DNA of 64,000 nt, from the IMG/VR virus record IMGVR_UViG_3300044615_000494; one strand, written 5' to 3'. A program made the position numbers and the translations under genes. Position 1 is the first letter of the stretch; each line of letters opens with the position of its first letter. Below are positions 40,010 to 50,387 of this stretch, one piece after another. The notes below the pieces were generated by a model. The model saw only the letters and a program-made list of their open reading frames with translations. It searched no databases and was not told the origin of the DNA. The stretch comes from a virus.

Positions 40010-41110
40010 ATGAGCAAAGAACAATATAATTTAAAAACAAAAACAGATTATTCTAGTCGTAAAATGTTCTTGGACAAAGAGGGTCCAGTAACAATTCAAC
40101 GTTTTGAAGAAGTCAAGTATCCCAAATTACAAAAACTAGAACAGACGGCTCGTGGTTTCTTTTGGGTACCCGAAGAAGTTAGTTTGACAAAAGATGCCAA
40201 CGATTTCAAAGATGCAACAGATGCCGTCAAACATATCTTCACAAGCAATCTATTACGCCAGACAGCACTTGACAGTTTACAAGGACGTGGGCCCAGTCAG
40301 ATATTCACTCCGGTCGTCAGCCTACCTGAGTTAGAAGCATTGATGTTCAATTGGAGTTTCTTTGAGACAAACATCCATAGCCGCAGTTACAGTCACATCA
40401 TTCGTAACATCTATAATGTGCCCAAGGATGTGTTCAACACAATCCACGACACTAAAGAAATTGTAGACATGGCATCAAGTGTAGGCGACTACTATGAAAA
40501 ATTACACCAATTAAATTGCTTCAAAGAAACAGGCACAGAAGTTGCCGAGAGTCATCACATCAAGGCTATATGGCTAGCACTCAACGCAAGTTATGCATTA
40601 GAAGCATTTAGATTCATGGTTAGTTTTGCTACAAGTTTAGCAATGGTTGAGAATAAAATCTTTATCGGTAACGGGAATATCATCAGTCTCATCTTACAAG
40701 ATGAGATCATGCATAAAGATTGGACTGCATATATGATCAATCAAGTGGTTAAAGAAGATAATAGATTCGCAAGAGCAAAGCAAGAGTGCGAACAAGAAGT
40801 ATATACATTGTATATGGATGTCATTCGCGAAGAGAAAGAATGGGCAGACTACTTGTTCAAGAAAGGCAGCGTTATCGGTCTTAACGCTAACATATTGAAG
40901 GACTTTGTTGACTACACAGCCAACACAGCACTTAAAGAAGTCGGTATCAAATATCAAAGCCCTGCACCTAAAAACACGCCGATACCCTGGTTCAATAAAC
41001 ATAGCGAGACCAGTAAAAAGCAGACGGCATTACAGGAAAATGAGAGTACGAATTACGTGATTGGGGTCATGAGCGACCAATTAAATTACGACGACCTACC
41101 TTCCCTGTAA
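40010..41110 (+). CDS. nrdB: Class Ia ribonucleotide reductase beta subunit
   Basis: FFWVPEE, QTALDS, ETNIHSRSY, LEAFRF and QDEIMH iron/radical motifs. Confidence 0.96.
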   Translation: MSKEQYNLKTKTDYSSRKMFLDKEGPVTIQRFEEVKYPKLQKLEQTARGFFWVPEEVSLTKDANDFKDATDAVKHIFTSNLLRQTALDSLQGRGPSQIFTPVVSLPELEALMFNWSFFETNIHSRSYSHIIRNIYNVPKDVFNTIHDTKEIVDMASSVGDYYEKLHQLNCFKETGTEVAESHHIKAIWLALNASYALEAFRFMVSFATSLAMVENKIFIGNGNIISLILQDEIMHKDWTAYMINQVVKEDNRFARAKQECEQEVYTLYMDVIREEKEWADYLFKKGSVIGLNANILKDFVDYTANTALKEVGIKYQSPAPKNTPIPWFNKHSETSKKQTALQENESTNYVIGVMSDQLNYDDLPSL

Positions 41111-41134
41111 TATATAATACACAAGGAGAAAAAT

Positions 41135-41359
41135 ATGAAGGCTGTAATTTGGAGTAAGGATTACTGCGGTTTTTGTGACCGCGCAAAAAGATTGCTAGAA
41201 CAAAAGGGCATCACTTACGAAGAACGTAAGATTGGTAGCGGATATACTAAAGAACAGTTATTAGAAGCAGTTCCCTCAGCAAGAACAGTTCCGCAGATAT
41301 TCATAGACGATGAATATGTCGGTGGTTTCACTGAACTACAACAGAAATTTGGAGCATAA
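41135..41359 (+). CDS. Glutaredoxin
   Basis: CGFC active site, RTVPQIFI and GGF motifs. Confidence 0.92.
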   Translation: MKAVIWSKDYCGFCDRAKRLLEQKGITYEERKIGSGYTKEQLLEAVPSARTVPQIFIDDEYVGGFTELQQKFGA

Positions 41360-41360
41360 T

Positions 41361-41660
41361 ATGGATATCAACAAAAACGAAACATACACATTTAAGTTAA
41401 ACAGCGGTGAAGAATTAGTCGCTAAAGTGATAGAGGTTAAAGATAATTACGTCATAGTGTCTAGCCCGGTTTCAGTAGCCCCGGGTCCTCAAGGAATGGG
41501 GTTGATGCCCAGTTTGTTCACTAACGACCAGCGTGGAAATGTCAGACTAAATACTAATAGCATTGCTCTAGTTGCGGATACAGAAGAGGCAGTCAAGATG
41601 AAGTACATCGAAGCGACTACCGGAATCAGTGTCCCTTCTAAGAAAATGATATTAGGATGA
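41361..41660 (+). CDS. Hypothetical protein (possible Sm-like fold)
   Basis: FKLNSGEELVAKV pattern. ATG at 41361 with GGAG SD. Confidence 0.65.
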   Translation: MDINKNETYTFKLNSGEELVAKVIEVKDNYVIVSSPVSVAPGPQGMGLMPSLFTNDQRGNVRLNTNSIALVADTEEAVKMKYIEATTGISVPSKKMILG

Positions 41661-41663
41661 TAC

Positions 41664-41942
41664 ATGCCACAATTAAGTCGCAAGGGTGATAAAAATACTA
41701 CAGGAGGAAAGATTGTACGCGGAGCCGAGACGGTATTCTGTAACAATATTGCTGTAGGTCTACATAAGAGCGACATCACCCCGCACGATCCAAAAAAGAA
41801 TAAGAAGCCGCACCAAGCGGCTAAAACCACTGACGGTAGTCCTACAGTATTCGCAGAACACTCTCCTGTGCTTAGAGTTGGCAGCGGAAACGACTGCGGA
41901 CATAAGATAGTTCAGGGTAGCGATAACGTGTATGTCGAGTAA
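41664..41942 (+). CDS. PAAR-repeat spike tip protein (T4 gp5.4-like)
   Basis: LSRKGD...G.ETVFCN...H...H...P.LRVG...CGH.IVQGS.NV pattern. Confidence 0.85.
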   Translation: MPQLSRKGDKNTTGGKIVRGAETVFCNNIAVGLHKSDITPHDPKKNKKPHQAAKTTDGSPTVFAEHSPVLRVGSGNDCGHKIVQGSDNVYVE

Positions 41943-41945
41943 GTC

Positions 41946-43880
41946 ATGGCAGATACCGGTAAACAAAGTCCCTTAGGCGTAAACGTAATAGGATCGATAT
42001 TAGATAATATCGGTTTCTGGATAAACCCTACGGCTGAAAGTTACATGGGCAGTAATAAACTGACATGGACTGAGGTTCCCGGTTCTAATGCTGACTATGC
42101 TAAAACTTCAAATAATTTAACATTCGGTAGGACAGTAGAAGAAACATCACTTAAGTGGATCACATGGTCTATCAATGATGCATTCTTTAGGGGCGCGGCA
42201 AGCAAACTTAATCCACTGTTATCGGTCGGCACTATCACAGCAACGACATATAATAATCTATTATCTATAGGTCAAGATGCGGCTACAGGTGGAAAATTTT
42301 TGCCTGCATTAGGTAATAGCCCACCATATGATAACTGGACTAGGCAGAATGTTAACACATGGGATCCTACGTATACGTGGAAGAATCCACATCCTGAACT
42401 ATACTCGCATGAATTAGCAGGTCCACCTGCATTCTCAGGATATGGATTGTTTAGTTGGACTAATCCTATATATGAAGGTTCATATTCTGTTAGTAGTCCT
42501 TTCGACCCTCCCACTAGAGTTAAGTACGCTTACATCAATGAAGGTCAATTAGCAAGTTGGTGGCCGTTCAAGGCTACAACGTCATCCGGTGTAGTACCTA
42601 ACAGGGGAATCACTCAGTGGGGTTGGTTGAGAGTGATTCCGTTACAAGCATGGAATGAATTTGATTTCAACAACGAGTTAAAAATAAAAGGGTATAATCC
42701 ACAAAGATATTGGATCCAAGAACCTTTGAATACTCCTGAGTACAGAATGTTTGTAGATAGTTTCATGAGTTTCTATGGATTCATGCAATCTACAAATGAA
42801 GCGATATATTCTATAACAAACAGCCGATCTTTCTTGAAGGGAACGTATTCAAATATGGACGATCTCATCACGGCTGACGTAGCAGGAGCATCATTAGCAT
42901 TTAAAGAATTCGGTCAAGATTTATTGAACTTAGGTAAGATAATTGATTGGCAGTATATAAAGTCATTTGGTCTACCATCTACATTACTAAAAACTCTAAA
43001 CAACAATAATGCGATAAATGGCAGTTTGAATTTAGCACTGTTGACTTCTGGTATACCGCAAGCACGAATCACTGATATTGCTACAGGTTCTGAGACTGCC
43101 ACAAAAGAAGAAGAACAAAAAATGTATGGTTCCTTCTTAGTTATTGTTGGACAAGATTTAAAAGAAATATTAACTACTTGCTTTTGTAGTACAGTAGGTA
43201 TAACTACGTTAGGTGATTGTCTCAACATCAAAAAACTATTTCCTAATAGTTATAGCACGTTGACAGTGCCTACATACAATGTATCACAAAGCGCCGTACA
43301 AAGTGCAAAAACTTATTATCCGTTGTTCCAGCCAAATACAGGTAACGTCAACCCGACATTAGATTCTCCGGCTATGCAAGATAAGATAGGCACGTTAGTA
43401 CCACCTGGGGCACCTCCTATCACTCTAGTTCCTCCTATGATAGAAACTAGCGTCAGCGAAAGTAATTTCGGTCTGACTAATAACAGTGTAGATGTATCGG
43501 TGACAGAAAACAAGATGGCTATAGCAGAAGGTGTATTAACATCAGAAACTTTAGCAGCGGTACAGGATGTACCTAACACTCCTAAGTTATTGCAAGAGAA
43601 TGTTGATACTAATCCTACTGTAAACTCTGCAATTATTTCAACGGGAGAGTTCTTAGCACAAGGTTTTGTTAAGGCAACGGCTAGAGAAATTCAAAACGCA
43701 CCTAATATACCTGCACCAACCCCGCAACCTACACCTAACGTGATTTCAGAAAACACACCTAATAAATCAGGTGTAGGAATATCAGGTTCAGGTATAGGAA
43801 CAATATCACCGACGGGTGGAAAAACTAGCCTCGGTGGCGGATTTTTCCAAGATGATATAGGTCAATTGGACGATAAATGA
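41946..43880 (+). CDS. Large hypothetical (probable virion) protein
   Basis: 644-aa ORF coupled to the PAAR gene. No recognised motif. Confidence 0.7.
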   Translation: MADTGKQSPLGVNVIGSILDNIGFWINPTAESYMGSNKLTWTEVPGSNADYAKTSNNLTFGRTVEETSLKWITWSINDAFFRGAASKLNPLLSVGTITATTYNNLLSIGQDAATGGKFLPALGNSPPYDNWTRQNVNTWDPTYTWKNPHPELYSHELAGPPAFSGYGLFSWTNPIYEGSYSVSSPFDPPTRVKYAYINEGQLASWWPFKATTSSGVVPNRGITQWGWLRVIPLQAWNEFDFNNELKIKGYNPQRYWIQEPLNTPEYRMFVDSFMSFYGFMQSTNEAIYSITNSRSFLKGTYSNMDDLITADVAGASLAFKEFGQDLLNLGKIIDWQYIKSFGLPSTLLKTLNNNNAINGSLNLALLTSGIPQARITDIATGSETATKEEEQKMYGSFLVIVGQDLKEILTTCFCSTVGITTLGDCLNIKKLFPNSYSTLTVPTYNVSQSAVQSAKTYYPLFQPNTGNVNPTLDSPAMQDKIGTLVPPGAPPITLVPPMIETSVSESNFGLTNNSVDVSVTENKMAIAEGVLTSETLAAVQDVPNTPKLLQENVDTNPTVNSAIISTGEFLAQGFVKATAREIQNAPNIPAPTPQPTPNVISENTPNKSGVGISGSGIGTISPTGGKTSLGGGFFQDDIGQLDDK

Positions 43881-43881
43881 T

Positions 43882-46152
43882 ATGGCTATGACACCACCAC
43901 CAGAAGGCTTTGATTCATATCTTGATGGCATATTGCCACCTGATCAGGCTATATTAGCCGGCGCCTTTGCGTACACTATGCAACAGGTTAGAAATATAGA
44001 TAAAGTTCCTGCAACTGACTTTGCTAAAGTAGTATACAGCATGGAGAACGCTTCAGTAGGACTACCGCAAATAAACGGTAGCGTTGTTGATAATTTTCAG
44101 ATACCTACAAATAAACCATTAGCCGACAACGGCACTAGAAAAGAAGCGTTGGGCGCGGGCCCGCAAGGCACTTATACCATGAGCAATTTCTTTGGTGCTA
44201 TGAGTGGTCTTCCTTATCCTTGGGTAAGAATGACACAGTTGATCAAAGATACAGAAACATTTAAGTTGAGAAATACATATCAAGAAATGTTTCTAGCAGT
44301 TACATGGCAAGAAGCATCGATGGACATCTTGCAACCAGATTATTATAAAATTGCAAAACCTTATGTGGCTCCTACAGTAACACCTAACAATACTAACCCT
44401 GATTATCAACCTGACGGTACTGTGAAGACCGCAGGATCATTTACAGTAGGTTGGGAGTTCACTATTACTACTGTAGGCACTACTGATTTTACTTTGATAG
44501 GCGCCGCAAGTAATACAGTTGGGGTGACTTTTGTTGCTACCGGCGCCGGCGCAGGTGACGGTACTGCGACCCCGGTCGTTAACTTAAATCAATATGTAAA
44601 TCCTACTACAGGCGCAGAAACAAAAAGCCCTTCATATTATAGTGACGGTGGTGAGCGCGAGTATTATGACTGGTATTATACAGTACAATGTATGCAAATT
44701 GAAGATGGCGGCGGATATGGAAGAGGATCTGCACCTCCGCCTAAAGTACAAGTCGCCATACGTTTTCCAAATGGATCATATGATACTGTTAGAAACATAA
44801 ATGTAGGCACTGTGCCAAATCCGATTTGGACTTCTCCTACTAGAGCCAATGTGACTACAGTACAAGGTACTAATCCACAGGACTGTGCATCGATAGAACG
44901 TAAGTCATATGGTAGAGTGACTGCAAGAATAAACAATGGCGGAGCATACTTGTGGCTACCACTAGACCCGCAACAGAAAGATATATATGGCAGACCTTGG
45001 GAAGATAAGACAGGTCAAGATACAGTGTTGTATGTTGATGGCAACCCGGTCGCTAATCCTCCACCTACACCAGTCTACCCGCCGAGACCAGAACAAGAGA
45101 TAAGAGGTACATCATTGTCGGATCCTGGCATGATGCCTATAGAAACTATAACGATTGAATATCCGCCTATACAGCCTTTACCTGTACAGGCAAACGGCAA
45201 TAAAGCAGTTGATGGTGTTAACACACAAGGAAGGGTCACTTGTAGATTTGGACTTATGCCTAACCCACCTGCTACAGTTTTCTGGACTAGCCCTGGTAAT
45301 AGTGTGACTCAAGGTTATATCAATCAAGCGAACATAGAGATTCAAACGGTTATCGCACCTACAACCCCCTATTATCAAGAATTGTACAACTTGTGGGAAA
45401 TTTTAGGCATTAATATAAAATTAGAGCAACGTTCACGTTATATCGCACTTGCCCCGGTACCCGTGCCTTGGGACACAAGATATGCAGATATACCTGTGTC
45501 ATTGAACGGTTTCGTTGATAGCATACCTGAATTTGCTCAACAAACTGAACCAAACATGGCAGCACAGACTTTAGAAAACATCAGCAATGTCACTACACCA
45601 GGCGGCCAAAGCGTAGTAGCGCAGATGAGACAAGAGAGAAATCAGACTAGACTAGCAGAGATAGGCATAGAGTTAGATAACGGTATGGGCAAAAAACTAC
45701 CACCTAGAGAGCAAACAAGGTGGATGGTCAACGGCACACTACCTACAGCAATAACAGGTATACCTGGCGCTACTGGAGCAGACATAGACACACCGATATA
45801 TGTCATACCATCCTATCCTACTATAACTGTACCTATAACTTATTGGGATTGTGTAGATAATACATTAAAGATCGTCACTAACTTAGCACCAGGAACTATA
45901 AGACCTATACTAGAAGGAGAGGGATGTCCTATAGTGGGCCCAGAAATACCAGTAGGTCCTGGACCCGAATTCCCGCCCCCGGGGAATCCGTTTGATCCAG
46001 GCGGAAATAATGGATCAAATCCGGGAGGTGAAAAACCGCCCGCTAATACTAATAGAAATACTACTAGTACAACACTGCGTCCAAGCACATATTCTGTGCA
46101 AGATGCTATAGATAGGGTAATATCGTGCAACTGCGACTGCTGGATAGAATGA
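43882..46152 (+). CDS. Large Pro/Thr-rich hypothetical (probable virion) protein
   Basis: 756-aa ORF ending in CNCDCW. Confidence 0.7.
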   Translation: MAMTPPPEGFDSYLDGILPPDQAILAGAFAYTMQQVRNIDKVPATDFAKVVYSMENASVGLPQINGSVVDNFQIPTNKPLADNGTRKEALGAGPQGTYTMSNFFGAMSGLPYPWVRMTQLIKDTETFKLRNTYQEMFLAVTWQEASMDILQPDYYKIAKPYVAPTVTPNNTNPDYQPDGTVKTAGSFTVGWEFTITTVGTTDFTLIGAASNTVGVTFVATGAGAGDGTATPVVNLNQYVNPTTGAETKSPSYYSDGGEREYYDWYYTVQCMQIEDGGGYGRGSAPPPKVQVAIRFPNGSYDTVRNINVGTVPNPIWTSPTRANVTTVQGTNPQDCASIERKSYGRVTARINNGGAYLWLPLDPQQKDIYGRPWEDKTGQDTVLYVDGNPVANPPPTPVYPPRPEQEIRGTSLSDPGMMPIETITIEYPPIQPLPVQANGNKAVDGVNTQGRVTCRFGLMPNPPATVFWTSPGNSVTQGYINQANIEIQTVIAPTTPYYQELYNLWEILGINIKLEQRSRYIALAPVPVPWDTRYADIPVSLNGFVDSIPEFAQQTEPNMAAQTLENISNVTTPGGQSVVAQMRQERNQTRLAEIGIELDNGMGKKLPPREQTRWMVNGTLPTAITGIPGATGADIDTPIYVIPSYPTITVPITYWDCVDNTLKIVTNLAPGTIRPILEGEGCPIVGPEIPVGPGPEFPPPGNPFDPGGNNGSNPGGEKPPANTNRNTTSTTLRPSTYSVQDAIDRVISCNCDCWIE

Positions 46153-46248
46153 TGTCCAAAATGTTTGCAGTAATTAAAACAATAAGTTAAGATAGATACT
46201 TATTGTGTCTTATCTAAAGGCAGAGGGCAACCAGCCGAGGAGAAAGAA

Positions 46249-46776
46249 ATGGAAAAATCATTACAGAGTATCAATCTGTTGATCGGACTTTTGTTTGTAG
46301 CATTGCTAACGTTCATGATAAGCAATAACAGGATCAAGATGATCAAAGCAAACACGGCCGCAAAAACAGAAAGCGTTGAGAGCATAGAGAAGAACCTTTC
46401 TTGTCTAGCACTTAACATTTATAGAGAAGCAGGCCATGAGCCTTTCGAGGGAAAGGTCGCTGTAGCACAGGTAACTATAAATCGTACACGCGACCCTAAT
46501 TTCCCTGATACTGTATGCGAAGTAGTGTATCAGAAAAATTCGTTTATGGGTAAAGTTGTATGCCAATTTAGTTGGTATTGTGACAATGCACACAGAATGC
46601 GCCCTATAAACAAACAGGCGTATGAAGAGAGTTACAAAGTAGCCAAGATGGTCTACTTAGAAGACTTCAAGTTGGAAGGACTTAAGGATGCGTTATATTA
46701 TCACGCAGACTATGTAAATCCAAACTGGAGAAAAAAGAAAATAACCAAGATAGGAGCACATATTTTCTATGAATAA
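46249..46776 (+). CDS. Cell-wall hydrolase, SleB/Hydrolase_2 family
   Basis: CLALNIYREAG...AVAQVTINR...QFSW...YYHADYVNP.W...IGAHIFY, with an N-terminal hydrophobic segment. Confidence 0.92.
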   Translation: MEKSLQSINLLIGLLFVALLTFMISNNRIKMIKANTAAKTESVESIEKNLSCLALNIYREAGHEPFEGKVAVAQVTINRTRDPNFPDTVCEVVYQKNSFMGKVVCQFSWYCDNAHRMRPINKQAYEESYKVAKMVYLEDFKLEGLKDALYYHADYVNPNWRKKKITKIGAHIFYE

Positions 46777-47131
46777 TGACCTTAAACTCAACACGGAAAA
46801 CAACTTCATGGATAAAACATATGATTATACCAAGCGTTTTTTCAAACGCATGTGGTTAGAGTTTAGAGCAAGCATTCGCAAAGTCACAATCGATGGTATC
46901 GGTTGGACGGCATTGTTGACATTACACGCAGTCACTATTCCTACATTGATTGGATTGATGACTGGATTGAGCGACAAGACACCACCAATCGATATGGTAT
47001 TGATTTTGTGGATCGGTATGGCATTGTTCTATCTAAAGAGTATTCTTGAAAAGAACGTTGTTAGCATCATCATTATTGGTCTTGGATTTATCGCACAAAG
47101 TGTACTGATGGCTCTTGTTTTCTTTAAATAA
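46769..47131 (+). CDS. Membrane protein
   Basis: Three hydrophobic segments. Confidence 0.7.
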   Translation: MNNDLKLNTENNFMDKTYDYTKRFFKRMWLEFRASIRKVTIDGIGWTALLTLHAVTIPTLIGLMTGLSDKTPPIDMVLILWIGMALFYLKSILEKNVVSIIIIGLGFIAQSVLMALVFFK

Positions 47132-47135
47132 GAGT

Positions 47136-47642
47136 GTGAGCGAAGATCCTAATAAAAACAATTCCGCAAAAGGACGAGAGAGTTTCGATGTAACAGTCGG
47201 AAACTCTCTTGTTTCTTTTTTTAATAGGAATGCGACCAACTATCCTACAGAAGTAGGTGCACCTAAATTTGACCTAGTCCCGGTCACTAAACAAAAAGAC
47301 ATCATGCTCAATGTGGCTAGACTTCATGCTAGCCAAGAATATGATCGTATCATGGAACTTGTTAATGTATTGCAGAAACAAGCACAACAGATACAGCATA
47401 GATTGAAACTCACCGATATGGTACACGGTGCAAAATACAATTTTCAATTGTACCATAATCAATGTTATTGGCTTGCGTTTGATCATAGAAAAAACTATAC
47501 TATACTTACTCCGTTAGGCCCTACAGATTGGTGTACTGGAGCCCCGCATGAGTATGAGTACATCACAAGAGTAAAATGGCTAGGTGACTATACTTGGATA
47601 GAAGTTAACCCTGACGGAACAGACGGACAACAAACATTATGA
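47136..47642 (+). CDS. DUF2452-like hypothetical protein
   Basis: YPTEVGAPKF...QEYDRIMELV.VLQKQA pattern. GTG at 47136 is the likely start. Confidence 0.6.
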   Translation: MSEDPNKNNSAKGRESFDVTVGNSLVSFFNRNATNYPTEVGAPKFDLVPVTKQKDIMLNVARLHASQEYDRIMELVNVLQKQAQQIQHRLKLTDMVHGAKYNFQLYHNQCYWLAFDHRKNYTILTPLGPTDWCTGAPHEYEYITRVKWLGDYTWIEVNPDGTDGQQTL

Positions 47643-48199
47643 CTAAGATTAGCAAGAGCCCACAAAGAAATACTTTTCAAAAAGAAAAGTACATTGAGCG
47701 TTGCCAAAAAGAAGGTATAGAACCTTCACAGGATTATTTAGACATGTGGCTAGAAGATGATAAGCGCCGCATGTCTAAATTCAATGATCCACAAAGCAGA
47801 GTCAATAATATGGAATATGATTTATTGACTACTGATTGGATATTAGAAAAAGTACGTAATGATGAAGCATACGCACAAAATCTATATGCCAGCATGTGTA
47901 ATACTGATTTTGTCAGAAACGATGTATGGCCATTATTGAAGGGTGAAAAGTGGAGTTGTAGTTGGCGCTATGCAGGGGGTATCATTGCTGATATGTGCCA
48001 AGAGGGAGACTACATAGATTGGTACTGTTCAGGTATACGAGGTGATATGTCTGAACCTTTTGATCCTACACCAGAGCAAATCGAACGTATGAAAATAACT
48101 GAGCGGTTTGTAGGTGAAGGTCATGTGACTGATGAGATTCGTAGTGACTTATTAAAGTTAGGATGGGTAGTTATCGATGACGACAGCCAGCCCATATAA
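47639..48199 (+). CDS. Hypothetical protein
   Basis: 186-aa ORF with WSCSWRYAGG..GDYIDWYCSG. Confidence 0.7.
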   Translation: MTKISKSPQRNTFQKEKYIERCQKEGIEPSQDYLDMWLEDDKRRMSKFNDPQSRVNNMEYDLLTTDWILEKVRNDEAYAQNLYASMCNTDFVRNDVWPLLKGEKWSCSWRYAGGIIADMCQEGDYIDWYCSGIRGDMSEPFDPTPEQIERMKITERFVGEGHVTDEIRSDLLKLGWVVIDDDSQPI

Positions 48200-48207
48200 A
48201 TACAGTT

Positions 48208-48354
48208 ATGATCAATTTAAATAACCTTCACGGCGGCATTAAACTCATCAAAGAGATAATGGACAAAAATAATAATAAGAGACAACCTTGGTCTAGAGAC
48301 AAGCAGAAAGAAAAGGTGTCTTCACTTAAAAATTATAAACCTAAATCAAAATGA
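48208..48354 (+). CDS. Small basic hypothetical protein (48 aa)
   Basis: Not in the ORF track. TATAAATA 5 nt upstream of the ATG; stop overlaps the next ATG. Confidence 0.5.
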   Translation: MINLNNLHGGIKLIKEIMDKNNNKRQPWSRDKQKEKVSSLKNYKPKSK

Positions 48355-48509
48355 ATGTTGAATCTCCTTGTATAGGACTATGCAGGCTTGAAAACAAAAT
48401 ATGTATAGGATGCCAGCGCACCGATAAAGAAATTCAACAATGGTACTATGCAGATAATCAGCAGAAGTTAAAAATACTTGAAGCAGTAGAAAAAAGACGC
48501 AAGCGATAG
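48351..48509 (+). CDS. DUF1289 family Cys-rich protein (52 aa)
   Basis: Not in the ORF track. MNVESPCIGLCRLENKICIGCQRTDKEIQQW matches the SPC..C.....C.GC.R...EI..W signature. Confidence 0.8.
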   Translation: MNVESPCIGLCRLENKICIGCQRTDKEIQQWYYADNQQKLKILEAVEKRRKR

Positions 48510-48517
48510 GGGTAGAT

Positions 48518-48829
48518 ATGAGCGGCGACCAAATCAAAGCAAGAGTTAGTAAGCGCAGATTAAAAGATGACAACGCAGTTCGCAAACAAGTCAAGATAGC
48601 AAAAGCGCATGGTCTTACACCAAAAGATAAGCAACTAAAAGAACCGCATAGATATGCAAAACATCATGCTATGGATTGCGGTAATCCCGGCTGCATTTTA
48701 TGTAGCAATCCTAGACACAACAAATTATTTAAAAAAGATAAACTTACTATTCAGGAACGAAAGTTCTTTCAAGATGTGGATAACAAAAAGTATAAACACG
48801 GTAACGGAAGCATCGAAGAAGATAATTAA
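48518..48829 (+). CDS. Basic hypothetical protein with a Cys/His cluster
   Basis: HHAMDCGNPGCILCSNPRH. Confidence 0.65.
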   Translation: MSGDQIKARVSKRRLKDDNAVRKQVKIAKAHGLTPKDKQLKEPHRYAKHHAMDCGNPGCILCSNPRHNKLFKKDKLTIQERKFFQDVDNKKYKHGNGSIEEDN

Positions 48830-48968
48830 TCTATCTTTACTGCTACTATTACTTTTTGGGCTAAGTCTATTGATCATACCCGCTATAGGTATAATGTTCG
48901 GGGCATTACGAAATTTTATGGGCATCTCTTAGGCATATAAGTATTTCACTGACCTATAGGAGATATAT

Positions 48969-49541
48969 ATGAAAACAGTAGGAGATAAATTAAAGCCCTT
49001 CGCCGTAGTTGGCGTTAAGCCAGGCAAGTTGACCCCAGATGATGCTTTTGAAACTATCACAGAAAAGAGTTTTGAAGGCAAGTGGAAAGTAATTGTTTAC
49101 TATCCAAAAGATTTTACTTTTGTCTGCCCAACTGAGATCGTTGCTTATGACAAGTTGAACAAAGATTTCGCTGATCGTGATGCCGTATTACTAATCGGTA
49201 GCACAGACAACGAGTTCTGTAAACTAGCATGGCGCGCAAATCATGAAGATTTGAAGAAGACTAACAGTTGGATGTTTGCCGATGTTAAGCGCGAGACATA
49301 CAATGACGTTGATGGTTATAGTAATGAAGGTTTGATCGATCAACTAGGTGTATTCTACGCACCGGCTGGTGCAGCATTACGCGCCACGTTCATCGTTGAC
49401 CCACAGAATGTTATTCAGCACGTTACTGTAAACAACTTGAATGTTGGTCGTAGCCCAGAAGAAACATTGCGTGTACTAGACGCTTGCCAGACAGGTGAAC
49501 TATGCCCGTGCAATCGTACTATCGGCGGTGAAACACTGTAA
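48969..49541 (+). CDS. ahpC: 2-Cys peroxiredoxin AhpC
   Basis: YPKDFTFVCPTEI and GELCPCN. Confidence 0.95.
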   Translation: MKTVGDKLKPFAVVGVKPGKLTPDDAFETITEKSFEGKWKVIVYYPKDFTFVCPTEIVAYDKLNKDFADRDAVLLIGSTDNEFCKLAWRANHEDLKKTNSWMFADVKRETYNDVDGYSNEGLIDQLGVFYAPAGAALRATFIVDPQNVIQHVTVNNLNVGRSPEETLRVLDACQTGELCPCNRTIGGETL

Positions 49542-50185
49542 TGCTTGAAACTATCTGCGAAACGCTTGTAGAGGCTTATCGTAGAAATTGGATCACAAGT
49601 CGTGATGGCAATGTTAGTATTCGTCATCACGACCGTGATCACTTCTATATAACACCTAGCGGTGTACGTAAGCAAACACTACAGCCTGATCAATTCAAAA
49701 AGATAGGCATAATGCATCAACCTATTGATAGATGGAATTGGACTGATTTGCCTTACACAGATATAAGCAAAAATCTTAGACCAAGCGGCGAGTTACCATT
49801 ACATTTTGGTTTACAAAAGATGATGGGGCAACATAGTAACGATGTTCGTGTCGTGATGCACTTTCATCCTACATATTGTGTAGCAGCCATGCATGCGGGT
49901 ATAGATTTAAGCACAGTCGTAAATGATTTTCCCGAACTAAGCCGTTATACAAAAGTAGCAAAGAATGTACCAGACGTACCTCCTATCAGTCAAGAATTGG
50001 CTGATCGTTGTCTTGAGAATCTAGAATTGACTAACAATGGCACTATATCTTATGATATAGTTGGCATCAAAGGTCACGGAGTAGTAGCAATTGATACAAG
50101 CCCGTGGCGTGCGTTTGAACATATAGAAAGACTAGAACACATTTGTAAGATCGTGCTTTCTAGCAGAAAGGTTCATAGTGCATGA
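49541..50185 (+). CDS. Class II aldolase/adducin family protein
   Basis: DGNVS, TPSG, PSGELPLH, HFH and GHG zinc-binding motifs. Confidence 0.85.
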   Translation: MLETICETLVEAYRRNWITSRDGNVSIRHHDRDHFYITPSGVRKQTLQPDQFKKIGIMHQPIDRWNWTDLPYTDISKNLRPSGELPLHFGLQKMMGQHSNDVRVVMHFHPTYCVAAMHAGIDLSTVVNDFPELSRYTKVAKNVPDVPPISQELADRCLENLELTNNGTISYDIVGIKGHGVVAIDTSPWRAFEHIERLEHICKIVLSSRKVHSA

Positions 50186-50387
50186 GTCTAATAAACGCAG
50201 TTTAGCAAAAGCAGTAAGTTGGCGAATCACCGGTACTGTAGATACATTCATAATAAGTTTTTTTGTGACGGGTGAAGTAGCATTAGCGGGTGCTATTGCA
50301 GTAACAGAAGTAGTGACGAAAATAGTTTTATATTGGTTGCATGAGAGAGTTTGGAATAAAGTGAAGTGGGGTAAGACAGATGCTTGA
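50178..50387 (+). CDS. DUF2061 small membrane protein
   Basis: RSLAKAVSWR...KIVLYWLHERVW. Confidence 0.85.
   Translation: MHESNKRSLAKAVSWRITGTVDTFIISFFVTGEVALAGAIAVTEVVTKIVLYWLHERVWNKVKWGKTDA

Noticed and set aside
37301-41110. Self-splicing introns or inteins in nrdA, nrdB or structural genes
   Set aside because: ORFs are continuous and of normal length, with no intein or LAGLIDADG/HNH insertions.
46180-46248. Riboswitch upstream of the SleB-type hydrolase
   Set aside because: Only two short hairpins (caataagt/acttattg and a GCAA tetraloop). No recognisable aptamer consensus.
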